Source of the DNA: Verrucomicrobiota bacterium
Lineage (GTDB): Bacteria; Verrucomicrobiota; Verrucomicrobiia; Verrucomicrobiales; DEV007
Assembly: GCA_045046875.1 (NCBI GenBank)
Contig: JASFYY010000058.1
Coordinates: forward strand, 1 to 51,401
Length of the DNA: 51,401 nucleotides
Direction: 5' to 3'
Under the pieces are notes generated by a model. That model did not search any database. It saw only the letters and a list, made by a program, of their open reading frames with translations, and was not told where the DNA came from. How positions within the stretch are numbered: position 1 is the stretch's first letter; each line of letters opens with the position of its first letter. Shown here piece after piece: positions 26,520 through 36,408 of the stretch. A program made the translations under genes and the position numbers.

Positions 26520-29258
26520 TTACTCTACCAGCTCGTGAATCGTATTCTGAATCACTCGCTCGACATCTTGCCCGTCAGCTCCCTTTAATTTGCAGATCAC
26601 CTCCATCCCCCAGGTTTTCGGCAAATCAGGTATATGAATAGTCAGCGTTTTGCGATCTTTTGCCAAATCCACACGACTCACTTTGATCGCACGTTCATTA
26701 TAATGATCCGAACCATATTTTGCCGACCGTTTCAGATCCCAGACCTTAACCGCGAAGTTTTTTGCTTTCGCTGTAGACGAATCCAGCTCATCACTGAACT
26801 CAATCACCATCGCGCCCTTCTTTGCTTTTAACTCCAGCGGCAAATAAGCCGGTTTGCCAGTATAACGAATACGATAAAACCCTCCGCCCTGATCCAGTTG
26901 CTGGGTGCCCCAGGCAGCCATACCACAGACATAAAGCTGCCCATCGTCCGGATTAAAACGTCCACGCATAATTCCTGTCGGCAGATCGGGAATCGGCAAG
27001 CGGCACAAACCACCCTGCGGCTGGCCATTTTCCAAAAACTCATGCGGCACGATCTCGAAACGCCCGTGTCCATATGACAAGTTCAAAAGCTTGCCATTCA
27101 ATGCACCCCACGACTCGCTCTCGATCCACAGCAGTTCCGATGGCGAACGGTCAAAAGGTTTGTCCACCCAGCAAAGTGGCTGTTCCATCGCCGAATCAGA
27201 AGAATCCTTCGATGCGCCGTAACTATACATATTGCCGTAAAACCCGCCCCGCTTGACCCAGTTGATCCGGTTCATCGGATTCCAATGCCCCTCCTGATCA
27301 GTGACAATAAAAGTGCCGTCCGGATTGAGACAAACGCCATTGGCCGCACGAAAGCCATTGGCGATAATTTCACTTTTGCTCCCGTCCGCACTTACTTTGA
27401 TCAAAGTCCCATGTTGCGGCACCAGTGGCGCTTTGGCATGACGGGCACTTTTGGCATAATACAAATTGCCCTCGTCATCCGACTGCAAGCCCATCGCAAA
27501 TTCGTGAAAGTGTTCGGTCACCTGATGATCACTGTTAAAACTCTCGTAAAAATCCGTCTCTCCATCTCCGTTGAGATCATTCAAGCGAACAATCTGGTCC
27601 CGGCAGGTGACATAGATTTGTTCATTGATGATTTTCAGGCCCAGCGGTTGAAACAGCCCTGAAGCAATCCGCTTCCAAGTCACGATATTGTTTTTGCCGT
27701 TCAAACCCGACACCTTCCAGACATCACCGTCCCAACAACACAACACTGCTTCGTTACCGCCAGGCAGGAAATCCAAGCCACTGGTGCGGATTCGACTTTT
27801 CCAGGGATTGACTACCGGCCGCGTCAGTCGATCAAAAGCAAAAGCCCCCTCTTCACTGCTATGCACCACCAAAGCGGATAATTCCTCCGGCCAATGAGAA
27901 GGGCCTCCTTGGGTCAAAGGCTTAAGATCCTCGGCAGCCGCTGCTTTTCCTGCGATTCTGTTGAGCTCCTTGCTGTCTTCTTTTGCCAAAAACAATTCTA
28001 AATTCAAGGGCGTATCCGCCGCCGCAATACGCACAGTCCGATAGGTCCCATCCTCGATAATTTTCGCTTTTGCCTGGGCAGACAAAACCACTCCCCTTCC
28101 TTTCTCCGCTGCCCGCAGAATCAAATCCGTCGATGATTTGCCAATGTTCAATACCCGCACAAACACCGGCATCTCCGCTTCATTTTTTTCCAAGCGATAA
28201 CTCTCCAATATCGAAGCATCACCGACCGTGTAGGAAATCACCACCCGTGAACCATGATAATACAGTCCTCGATAATGTCCCCACGATCTCGGCAAGGGAC
28301 CGAAACGTCGCCCATCGAGACCTTCAATCCGCAAATCATCAAATTCGCCCGTCGCCGGATTTGCCCAACCCGGTCCGTCAGGCAAATCAAATTGCAATTC
28401 CCCCACCGTCTTCGGATGCTTCCGGTGTTTGCCGTTATAAGAAATCCCATTCCAATCGATAAAACCTTCTCCCGTCCATGCCCCTGCTAATCGCAGCGTA
28501 TCATGTTCAAACCCCACCCAGGCTCGACCCGCGCCCACACCACCGGGGCCCGCATCCAAACGAATCGCAATGGTCTTAAACGCGGTGTTGGCATTCGGTG
28601 ACAACAGATCAGGCTCCGGTTGACCGCTGCGGGACATGATCCGTTGCTCTTTTGTCATCACGGGAGCGGGTAAAGTATCCGGCGCCATCATCTGGTAAGT
28701 GTAGATCTGAAAATTGCCATAGTCCTGATCCTTCCACGGCTCCCGAATCACCGGCTTGGGCCCTTTGGAACTTCCTTTTGGCAAACCCGCCAGATATTCA
28801 TCCGTCAACTTCGTCCACTGTGATGGATTGGAATCCTTGAGATACACACTGCGGATATAATGGATCACATCGTATTTTTGCTCAGGAACCAGTTGCACCT
28901 GCGGAATCATCAAACGCCAACCCCTGGTCAAAGTCTGGTACATGGTATAAGGATCCTTGCCGTGCTGAAACTTCCCTTCCCCAAATCGCAAAGCCTGGGC
29001 AATCGAGCCTGGCAGATTGAGATCACCGTGGCAGTTCTGACATATCGATCCATATATTCGCTTGCCCCGCTCCAGCGATTTTTCATCCCAGGCTCGAATC
29101 AATCCCGCATGATCAATCTCCTTTTCATAAGCTGGCAGAGCCGATAGTGGCAACAAGGGTGCACCCGGAGGCAGTGAAGCGACATCACCCTGTGCCGAAA
29201 TGTAAACGGTTCCAATAAAGAGGGCGGCGAAAATACCGGCAAAAGGAAAAAAACGCAT
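26520..29258 (-). CDS. c-type cytochrome + DUF6797 + beta-propeller (glucose/sorbosone dehydrogenase-like) protein
   Basis: ATG 29258 (MRFFPF, signal peptide) preferred over 29297. CQNCH heme-binding motif; ASGLFQPLG, DLNGDGETD, HEFAMGL, GFRAANG, DQEGHW motifs of PVC heme/propeller proteins. Confidence 0.8.
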   Translation of the reverse strand: MRFFPFAGIFAALFIGTVYISAQGDVASLPPGAPLLPLSALPAYEKEIDHAGLIRAWDEKSLERGKRIYGSICQNCHGDLNLPGSIAQALRFGEGKFQHGKDPYTMYQTLTRGWRLMIPQVQLVPEQKYDVIHYIRSVYLKDSNPSQWTKLTDEYLAGLPKGSSKGPKPVIREPWKDQDYGNFQIYTYQMMAPDTLPAPVMTKEQRIMSRSGQPEPDLLSPNANTAFKTIAIRLDAGPGGVGAGRAWVGFEHDTLRLAGAWTGEGFIDWNGISYNGKHRKHPKTVGELQFDLPDGPGWANPATGEFDDLRIEGLDGRRFGPLPRSWGHYRGLYYHGSRVVISYTVGDASILESYRLEKNEAEMPVFVRVLNIGKSSTDLILRAAEKGRGVVLSAQAKAKIIEDGTYRTVRIAAADTPLNLELFLAKEDSKELNRIAGKAAAAEDLKPLTQGGPSHWPEELSALVVHSSEEGAFAFDRLTRPVVNPWKSRIRTSGLDFLPGGNEAVLCCWDGDVWKVSGLNGKNNIVTWKRIASGLFQPLGLKIINEQIYVTCRDQIVRLNDLNGDGETDFYESFNSDHQVTEHFHEFAMGLQSDDEGNLYYAKSARHAKAPLVPQHGTLIKVSADGSKSEIIANGFRAANGVCLNPDGTFIVTDQEGHWNPMNRINWVKRGGFYGNMYSYGASKDSSDSAMEQPLCWVDKPFDRSPSELLWIESESWGALNGKLLNLSYGHGRFEIVPHEFLENGQPQGGLCRLPIPDLPTGIMRGRFNPDDGQLYVCGMAAWGTQQLDQGGGFYRIRYTGKPAYLPLELKAKKGAMVIEFSDELDSSTAKAKNFAVKVWDLKRSAKYGSDHYNERAIKVSRVDLAKDRKTLTIHIPDLPKTWGMEVICKLKGADGQDVERVIQNTIHELVE

Positions 29259-29317
29259 GAGGCAACAGTATCGAAAAACGCAGCAGGCGCAAGCCACTGC
29301 CAGGTCACAGCGTCACA

Positions 29318-30712
29318 TCAGCCTGGTTGCAAAATTTTCTCCACCACTTTCTCGCCCGATACAATTGAATCCGCCAAGGAAATCCCATCGCGGCAATGCC
29401 CCGCTAAATGAATGCCGCTATGCCCCGCTTCAAAGTCCTCCATCACTTGCAAAAACCTGCCATAACCGACCTCATACTGGGGAATCGCTTTTTTGTACAA
29501 AAAACTGTGCTGGAAAACCGGAGCGCCCTTGATCCCATAGATCGAGCACAGATCCTTCAAAACCAGTTCCACCCGCTCTCCTTCCGGCTTCAAAGCCAGT
29601 TCGGGAGATCGCGCACCGCCCACATAGGTCGTCAACAGCACATGACCTTCAGGAGCCCGTTCGGGAAACAAGGACGACGTGAACAGCGTGCCCAGAGTGC
29701 TCACCTTCTCCACTTCAGGATTCAATGTTCCAAAACCATTCAGCGAATGCTCCACCTGCTCGCGGCGAAAACCCAATACCACACTCGACACCGGCGGATA
29801 GACAATTTCAGCCAAGGCTTTCAACGGCTGCTCGGCACCTTTGCCCTCACCGGAATAGGGGAAAATCAAAGTCGCCAAACGATGCGCCGGTAGAGCCAGG
29901 ATCACATCATCAAAAAAATCCACCACCACCCCTTTATTACTCTGGATAGACCAACGGCCATCTTCGGTTTTCCCAATACTCGTCACCTCATTGCCTAAAC
30001 GCAAACGCCCCTGCAAATTATTAGCCAAAGCATCCGTCAACACCTGCAACCCACCATCAAAAGACAACTGCTTGGCCCGATCCTTGGTCACCCGCCCCTC
30101 CTTGCGTCGCTGACGCGCACCGAGAATCTGACCCTTGATCATCGATCCATACTTCTGCTCCAAAGCATACAATTTCGGGAAGCCAAATTTAACCGACAAG
30201 TTCTCCGGATCTCCTGCATACACTCCGGCGACAAAAGGATTGATCGCATAATCCAAAAACTCCTGTCCCAAACGACGACGAACAAAATCCGCCAGGCTCT
30301 CTTCCGCTGCGTCCGGCGGCAGGCGCGAGCGAAAAGGCTCAGCCGCCAAAGCCAATTTGGCAGAAAAAGAAAACAGCTTGGTTTTGAGAAAACCCGCAGC
30401 AGAAGAAGGCAACATCATAGGTTTGCCCTTTTTGAGAATAAACCGCGTGCCACCCAGTGGCGAAGCGTCACGTCGACGATCGGCTATGCCCAGATCCTCA
30501 TCCTCCACCAGACGCGTGATCGCCGCAGAAGTCTCCAACATCGTATTCGGCCCACACTCCGCCAACCAGCCGTCCCGCTCCACCGAACGGATCACCCCGC
30601 CCGCTACGTCCCCCGCTTCAAAAAGGGTCACCTCGTGCCCCGCCTGTTTCAGGCGAAACGCCGCGGTCAATCCAGTGATGCCCCCGCCTATGACTGCCAC
30701 CTTTTTTTTCAT
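29318..30712 (-). CDS. hemG: Protoporphyrinogen oxidase (FAD-dependent, HemY-type)
   Basis: VAVIGGGITGL, E.GPNT, GVYAGDPE.LS, AIPQY; overlaps the hemN stop by 4 nt. Confidence 0.92.
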   Translation of the reverse strand: MKKKVAVIGGGITGLTAAFRLKQAGHEVTLFEAGDVAGGVIRSVERDGWLAECGPNTMLETSAAITRLVEDEDLGIADRRRDASPLGGTRFILKKGKPMMLPSSAAGFLKTKLFSFSAKLALAAEPFRSRLPPDAAEESLADFVRRRLGQEFLDYAINPFVAGVYAGDPENLSVKFGFPKLYALEQKYGSMIKGQILGARQRRKEGRVTKDRAKQLSFDGGLQVLTDALANNLQGRLRLGNEVTSIGKTEDGRWSIQSNKGVVVDFFDDVILALPAHRLATLIFPYSGEGKGAEQPLKALAEIVYPPVSSVVLGFRREQVEHSLNGFGTLNPEVEKVSTLGTLFTSSLFPERAPEGHVLLTTYVGGARSPELALKPEGERVELVLKDLCSIYGIKGAPVFQHSFLYKKAIPQYEVGYGRFLQVMEDFEAGHSGIHLAGHCRDGISLADSIVSGEKVVEKILQPG

Positions 30713-32085
30713 ATCGCCTGCGAAAACCGTCCCTTTTTACCCGCAATCAAATACTCGTCAAAGCGCATCGCGATGATGCGGATAAATAAACGCCCCAAGT
30801 CCGTCACCACCAACTTGCCCGCCTGACGCTCCACCACCCCATCCACTTCCAAGTCATCCAACGAAGCCAGCTCGGCAGCAAAGTGTTTTTCAAAATCGAG
30901 CCCCAACAATTCCGACATCGCCGCGTAGTCCAGTTCCAAATCACACATCAGCCGCATAATGGTCTGACGCCGAATACTGTCCTCAGCAGTCAGAATATAA
31001 GCCTTCGACAGCGGCAAACGCCCGGCATCCAGATCGGCATAATAATCTGGCAGTTCCTTTTTATTTTGCCAGTATATATCCTCCGCCTGGGAGATCGACG
31101 ACATCCCGTAGGAATAAATATCCACCCCGCCCTTGGTGCTGTAACCCTGGAAATTACGCTGCAAAGTTTTCTCCTGCTGAGCCACCGTCAACTCGTCATC
31201 CTCACGCGAAAAATGATCCATCCCAATATAGCGGTAACCATTGGCATTGAGCTTTTCAATCGTCAACTTCAACAGCTCCAGCTTCACCTCCGCCGACGGC
31301 AGAATATCATCCGTCAGAATCTTCTGTGCCGGTTTGATCCATGGCACATGGGCATAACTGAACACCGCAAAACGATCCGGTTGCAAACTCAACACCTCAT
31401 CCAGAGTCTTTTCAAAAGACTTCACCGTCTGGTGAGGCAACCCATAGATCAAATCAATGTTCACCGACTCAAAACCATAGTCACGCACCCACTGCACCGT
31501 CTGTGCCGTCATTGCAAAGGGCTGGATGCGGTGAATCGCCTCCTGCACCCGGGGATCATTGTCCTGCACCCCCATCGACGCTCGGTTGAAACCCACCTCC
31601 GCCAAAGCCTGCACCTTCTCCTCCGTCAAGCGCCGAGGATCCACTTCCACCCCCGCCTCCAGATCCGGACGAATCTTAAAGCGCGATTGCACCATCTTCC
31701 CCAAACGCAAAATCTCCTCCGCCGTCAAAAAAGTCGGCGTACCACCACCCAGATGCAACTGCGCCACCTGCCGGTCCGCATGGATTTTCTCCCCCATCAG
31801 ATCCATCTCTTTTTCGAGATAATCCAGATAAACCCGGCTCTTGTCCTGCACCGTCGTGATCACCGTCGTGCAACCACAAAACCAGCACAAACTCTCACAA
31901 AAAGGCAGATGGAAATACAAGGACAAATCGCGCGCAGTCCCCTCATTATTAGCCGCAATATGAGCATCCCAATCCGCCTGCTCAAAATCCTCGGAAAAAT
32001 GAGTCGCCGGAGGGTAAGAAGTATAACGAGGCCCCGGAACATTAAATTTCCGCACCAAATCCAAATCCACATTCATTTTTTGCAT
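30709..32085 (-). CDS. hemN: Oxygen-independent coproporphyrinogen III oxidase (radical SAM)
   Basis: GPRYTSYPPA, YFHLPFCESLCWFCGC, GGGTPT, DLIYGLP.QT, IGMDHF, LQRNFQGY. Confidence 0.96.
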   Translation of the reverse strand: MQKMNVDLDLVRKFNVPGPRYTSYPPATHFSEDFEQADWDAHIAANNEGTARDLSLYFHLPFCESLCWFCGCTTVITTVQDKSRVYLDYLEKEMDLMGEKIHADRQVAQLHLGGGTPTFLTAEEILRLGKMVQSRFKIRPDLEAGVEVDPRRLTEEKVQALAEVGFNRASMGVQDNDPRVQEAIHRIQPFAMTAQTVQWVRDYGFESVNIDLIYGLPHQTVKSFEKTLDEVLSLQPDRFAVFSYAHVPWIKPAQKILTDDILPSAEVKLELLKLTIEKLNANGYRYIGMDHFSREDDELTVAQQEKTLQRNFQGYSTKGGVDIYSYGMSSISQAEDIYWQNKKELPDYYADLDAGRLPLSKAYILTAEDSIRRQTIMRLMCDLELDYAAMSELLGLDFEKHFAAELASLDDLEVDGVVERQAGKLVVTDLGRLFIRIIAMRFDEYLIAGKKGRFSQAI

Positions 32086-32092
32086 AGTAAAA

Positions 32093-32139
32093 TAGGCTGA
32101 TGATAGGCTATAGGTTTTTAGGCTGAAGGCTGCAGGTCA
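32093..32139. repeat. Degenerate heptamer array (TAGGCTG-like)
   Basis: TAGGCTG, TAGGCTA, TAGGTTT, TAGGCTG, AAGGCTG, CAGGTCA. Confidence 0.6.
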
Positions 32140-32205
32140 AAATCCCCAATCTCATCCTCATTCCTAAGTGTTTTTCCTTACCTTACTTTATTTATTTATT
32201 TTCCC

Positions 32206-32306
32206 CATCTTATCCGTGCTCATCCGTGCCATCCGTGGTTCACCTCTTTATTCTTAATTTTCTCATCTTATCCGCGCTCATCCGCGTCATCCGCGGTTCA
32301 CCTCTT
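32206..32306. repeat. Two 43-bp direct copies of a triad repeat arm
   Basis: 32206-32248 CATCTTATCCGTGCTCATCCGTGCCATCCGTGGTTCACCTCTT and 32264-32306 CATCTTATCCGCGCTCATCCGCGTCATCCGCGGTTCACCTCTT (4 mismatches). Confidence 0.9.
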
Positions 32307-32310
32307 CAAC

Positions 32311-33384
32311 CTAATTTTTCACTCTCTCCACCAGACTCTCGATACACTCCAACTTACACTCAGGGGTCACCCCATGCCCGAGATTAAAAATATGTCCACC
32401 AAAGCCATTCAGTGACTCCATAAGCCGACCCGCCTCCCGCGCCACAATCTCCGGTGTCGTTCGCAACAAATAGGGATCCAGATTCCCCTGTATCCCCACC
32501 CCTTGTGGCAGCTCCGGCCGCAGCGCCGCTATGTCCACCGTCCAATCCACACTCAAAACCGAAGCCCCCGTCGAAGCCAGCCCCTTCCAATTGCTGTTCA
32601 CTCCCTTGGCAAAAACAATCACCGGTGGCGCATTTTTCAAACCAGCAATAACCTCGCCGATCCAACGCCCCGAAGCGGCCATAAAATCACCCGCCGCCAG
32701 ACCTCCTCCCTGAGTATCAAAAATCTGCAAGGCATCGACCCCCGCATCGATCTGCATCTGCAAATACTCCGTGACCGCTACCGTCAACTTGCCCATCAGT
32801 CGCTCGAACAACTTTGGCTCGGAATAATACAAATCCTTAGCCTTCAAAAACTCCTTGGCGCTGCCACCCTCCATCATGTAGTTCGCCAGCGTCCACGGTG
32901 CCCCCGAAAATCCAATCAAACCCGTTTCATCGCCCAGAGCCGAACGAATCATCGGCAGTGCCTTGCCCACATAATCCAAACGATCCGCGACTCCTTTTTC
33001 ATTCAAGCGGTCAATCTCCGCCGCCCCATCCACCGTGAACTCCATCTCGATCCCGCCCTGCTCGCGGAAGCCATATTTCTGCCCCATTGCCTCCGAGATC
33101 ACCAGGATATCGCTGAACAAAATAGCCGCATCAAAACCAAAACGCTCAATCGGCTGCAGCGTCACCTCGGTTGCCAGCTCAGGCGTGCGCACCATCTCAA
33201 CAAAGCTGTGTTTTTCCTTTAAGGCCCGGTATTCCGGCAGCACCCGCCCCGCCTGGCGCATCAGCCACAGCGGCGGACGCCCCGTATTTTGACAGCGTAG
33301 CGCCTGCCTGAATCTCTCGCGATTGCTCACGCCCCCAAGCCCATCAACGGCTCCCTTGTTTTCTTTAAAAACTTCACTCGACAT
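32311..33384 (-). CDS. hemE: Uroporphyrinogen decarboxylase
   Basis: PLWLMRQAGR.LPEY, DAAILFSDIL, IGFSGAPWTLA.Y, QGNLDP, IFNLGHG. Confidence 0.96.
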   Translation of the reverse strand: MSSEVFKENKGAVDGLGGVSNRERFRQALRCQNTGRPPLWLMRQAGRVLPEYRALKEKHSFVEMVRTPELATEVTLQPIERFGFDAAILFSDILVISEAMGQKYGFREQGGIEMEFTVDGAAEIDRLNEKGVADRLDYVGKALPMIRSALGDETGLIGFSGAPWTLANYMMEGGSAKEFLKAKDLYYSEPKLFERLMGKLTVAVTEYLQMQIDAGVDALQIFDTQGGGLAAGDFMAASGRWIGEVIAGLKNAPPVIVFAKGVNSNWKGLASTGASVLSVDWTVDIAALRPELPQGVGIQGNLDPYLLRTTPEIVAREAGRLMESLNGFGGHIFNLGHGVTPECKLECIESLVERVKN

Positions 33385-33582
33385 AAATCAACAGACCTCG
33401 TTCCAGTCCACGCCCACCATGGCACAAAAACTCCCAAGCACCTAAAAGGAAGTTCCAAAACCTGCTCTTGCGCGCCCCCCGTAAAACAAATTTCCATATT
33501 TGTTTCTTCAAACCATTTCCAAAGCCAAATTCCCCACAATATTCCCGTGCATTCCCCCCATTCATAGGGAAAGCTACCCGCC

Positions 33583-34725
33583 ATGAAACTCTCAATCTCT
33601 TTTTTCGCCACCGCCCTCTCGCTCTTAATCTCCACCAGTTCGCTACGCGCTGAAAAACAATGGGTCTATTTTGGCACCGCAGGGGGCGACGCCAAGGGCA
33701 TCTACGTTTCCAGCTTCGACAGCGAAAACGGCGAACTCAGCGAAGCCAAACTGGCCTCGGAAGCCAACCGCCCCGGATTTCTCGCCATCCACCCCAACCA
33801 CCAATACCTTTACGCCATCGCAAGCGCCATCCCCGGTCACGAAGCCAAGGAAACCGGCGGCCTCAGTGCCTATACCATCAATGCCAAAACCGGCGAGCTG
33901 ACTTTGATCAACCAACAACCCTCCGGCGGTCGTGGCCCCTGCCATGTATCACTCGACCATAAAGGACGGGTGGCGCTGGTCGCCAACTACAGCGGCGGCA
34001 GCACTTCCTCAATTGGCATCAATTCAGACGGATCGCTCAAAAAACCCGCCAGCTTTTTCCAACACGAAGGTTCCAGCGTCAATGAAAAACGCCAGAAAGG
34101 CCCCCACGCCCATTCCGCCAATCCCGGCCCCAATGATAAATTCGCTTTTGTCGCCGACCTCGGCCTGGACAAAGTGATGATCTACAAGCTTGACCCAAGC
34201 ACGGCCAAAATGGAAAAACACGGAGCGGGCATCGTTCCTCCCGGCTCAGGACCACGTCACTTTGCTTTTCACCCCAACGGCAAGTGGGCTTACACCAACG
34301 GCGAGATGCTGATGACCGTCACCGGCTTCAACTTTGATCCCGACAAAGGCACGCTCACCCCCTTTCAAACCATCGGCACCGTGCCGGAAGGCATCGACTT
34401 CACCGGCCTCTCCACCGCCGAAGTCCAGGTTCATAAAAGCGGCAAGTTCCTCTACGTCTCCAACCGCGGCCATGATACCATCGCCGTTTACACCATCAAT
34501 CCCGCTAGCGGCCAACTCACTTTTGTCGAACGCGAAAACATCCAGGGAGAAACCCCGAGGAACTTCGGCATCGACAATACTGGTAAATTCCTGCTCGCCG
34601 CCGGACAAAAATCCCACACCATCGCGGTCTTCAAGATCAATCAAAAAACCGGTGAACTGGATTTCACCGGCAATAAAATCAAAGTCCCCACCCCCATTTG
34701 CGTGAAGTTCCTGGATAAAAAATAA
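33583..34725 (+). CDS. pgl: Lactonase family beta-propeller (6-phosphogluconolactonase-like), with signal peptide
   Basis: GPCHVS, VANY.GG, RQ.GPHAH, DLGLD, GSGPRH..FHP, LYVSNRGHD, PRNF. Confidence 0.85.
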   Translation: MKLSISFFATALSLLISTSSLRAEKQWVYFGTAGGDAKGIYVSSFDSENGELSEAKLASEANRPGFLAIHPNHQYLYAIASAIPGHEAKETGGLSAYTINAKTGELTLINQQPSGGRGPCHVSLDHKGRVALVANYSGGSTSSIGINSDGSLKKPASFFQHEGSSVNEKRQKGPHAHSANPGPNDKFAFVADLGLDKVMIYKLDPSTAKMEKHGAGIVPPGSGPRHFAFHPNGKWAYTNGEMLMTVTGFNFDPDKGTLTPFQTIGTVPEGIDFTGLSTAEVQVHKSGKFLYVSNRGHDTIAVYTINPASGQLTFVERENIQGETPRNFGIDNTGKFLLAAGQKSHTIAVFKINQKTGELDFTGNKIKVPTPICVKFLDKK

Positions 34726-34740
34726 GCCACTCGAACATCA

Positions 34741-34758
34741 AGTCCGACTCGTCGGACT
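34741..34758. repeat. Short palindrome after the lactonase gene
   Basis: AGTCCGA-CTCG-TCGGACT followed by an A-tract rather than a T-tract, so not a canonical terminator for the + strand. Confidence 0.5.
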
Positions 34759-34813
34759 CAAAAAAAACTACCGCAACCAAAACACACGTAGTCAAAACTC
34801 ACAGTGTGCGGAT

Positions 34814-35059
34814 ATGGATGAGGTCTTCTTATTTCTAATCAAAGCGGGGTTCCGGTTTTGCATCCTCCTTGTGGTATTCCCCTTTGCGGCACTTTTTGCG
34901 ACTCCTTTTATTTTGATGGCAGCAATACCCGCAAAAGAAAAAAGTGAGTTTTTGATTAACTGCCAAAGTAATGCCGCCGAGACTTACCTCGCTCGCGTTT
35001 TCCAAAAATACACAAAGTTACTCGATTATTTCCTCTCAGGCTGGGACACAGGAATATGA
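34814..35059 (+). CDS. Small hypothetical membrane protein
   Basis: 81-aa ATG ORF filling the intergenic gap; one long hydrophobic segment; no recognised motif. Confidence 0.5.
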   Translation: MDEVFLFLIKAGFRFCILLVVFPFAALFATPFILMAAIPAKEKSEFLINCQSNAAETYLARVFQKYTKLLDYFLSGWDTGI

Positions 35060-35095
35060 ACCCGACGCTCCCTTCTTCATCACTTCACTCCTTGT

Positions 35096-36064
35096 TCAAT
35101 CTTCAATATTCTTCCCCCTTTTCCAAATCTCCGTCTCTGGATAAAAAGCCTGCCAGGCAAACCAAAAAGCCTTCACCACCGGAATCGAAGTGACTCCGTC
35201 TGCTTCAAAAGCTTTCATTTGCCGGGTATCCCTTTCATAGATCACTTTGATCTTATCCCCTCCGACTTCCACTTCGATCAACTCGTCACGGGGCATGCCG
35301 CGCATAGGGAAGGCCATGGTTTTACCCTTGTGGATCACTCCACTGACATAGGATTTCCTGGGCAACTCTTTTCTCGTAAACGGAACAGGAAACATCGTCT
35401 CAGGACTATCAAAATAAGCACCGTAACCCGAACTTTGATAATTACGCATGAAGCCCGTATCGGTGGAGAGAACCTCGCCTTGCGGGTATTTTTTCTTCCA
35501 CGTTGCGAAGCTCATTTGCTCACTTGGCAGCCACTTCAGCGCCTTGCCCACATTCGGTCCGGACACCGATTTCATCCCTAGTTGAGTCCACAAACTCTGG
35601 GTCTCACGGTCATACATCAGCACGTCGCTTTGATATAACAAACCAGACACCCCGAAAACCAAGTCCTTGTCCCCAATCCTTGATTCGAAAACCATCGCCG
35701 ACGCACACAGCGGACAATAAGTCACCATAATGGCCTGCCCCTCATACTTGTCATTAACAATCTCGTGCTGGATCAAAACCCGGATCGGATAAGCCCGGGT
35801 CTCGCCATTTTTCCCGGTAAAACTGATCACCGTCTCCCCGTCCCCCATAAAGTCCACCTTCTCCGCAGGCAAAAATTTCGGACGATCTATCGCCGGAATG
35901 CCATCCTTGCCAACCCCTCCGTCTAAAATATCCTTCACCGGGATACTTGCTTTCGAAACATCAAAGCCGTTTGGACGCTCCTCACCCGAAGCTCCACAGC
36001 TCACGGTCAATCCGACCAACCACACTCCAAAAAACCAGCGATATTTCAACATTGCAGCACTCAT
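35096..36064 (-). CDS. DUF3179 domain protein (probable lipoprotein, Cys form)
   Basis: GG..KDGIPAID.P, RAYP...L..HEIVND, TYCPLC, FGVSGLLY.S..LMYDR.T.SLW.Q, FWFAW.AFYP; lipobox-like LTVSC. Confidence 0.88.
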   Translation of the reverse strand: MSAAMLKYRWFFGVWLVGLTVSCGASGEERPNGFDVSKASIPVKDILDGGVGKDGIPAIDRPKFLPAEKVDFMGDGETVISFTGKNGETRAYPIRVLIQHEIVNDKYEGQAIMVTYCPLCASAMVFESRIGDKDLVFGVSGLLYQSDVLMYDRETQSLWTQLGMKSVSGPNVGKALKWLPSEQMSFATWKKKYPQGEVLSTDTGFMRNYQSSGYGAYFDSPETMFPVPFTRKELPRKSYVSGVIHKGKTMAFPMRGMPRDELIEVEVGGDKIKVIYERDTRQMKAFEADGVTSIPVVKAFWFAWQAFYPETEIWKRGKNIED

Positions 36065-36178
36065 TGGATCAACAGACGACAGCCCACAAATTTACCTTAC
36101 ACCCACTTCCCACCTTCTTCTGTTCCTTATTCAATATTGCTTTCGGGTGGCATCCTCCAACTGTCTCGCAGACCCGGC

Positions 36179-36400
36179 TCAACATTCCTCTCCGCCTAGT
36201 CCATGTTCGATGATCTGACGCGCTTCCTCTTCGTCTTGCTCAAAGACCTGCAAACGAACTCCGCTCTTCCCCATAAACAAATAAGGAGTCAGTCCTGCAC
36301 TATATTCATCAGGAATAAAAGCCTCTATCCCGGCCGAACCCAACAACAGCTTCAGACTTTGCGCCTGTTGAATGTTTCCCAAGTTGGCGACTGTAACCAT
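36179..36400 (-). CDS. DUF2007 (putative signal-transducing) small protein
   Basis: A...K.LL.SAGI.AFI.DE ... GVRLQV...D.EEAR.I pattern. Confidence 0.75.
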   Translation of the reverse strand: MVTVANLGNIQQAQSLKLLLGSAGIEAFIPDEYSAGLTPYLFMGKSGVRLQVFEQDEEEARQIIEHGLGGEEC

Positions 36401-36408
36401 GTTTATGC

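Noticed and set aside
30883..32100. 405-aa plus-strand ORF
   Set aside because: Antisense shadow of hemN with no recognisable motifs. The same applies to other long antisense ORFs such as 43248..44111, 38741..39523 and 32503..33222.
32206..32306. CRISPR array
   Set aside because: Only two 43-bp units with a 15-bp spacer, internally repetitive, and no cas genes.
35096..36064. Selenoprotein form of DUF3179
   Set aside because: The redox motif is encoded as CPLC and the ORF has no in-frame TGA.
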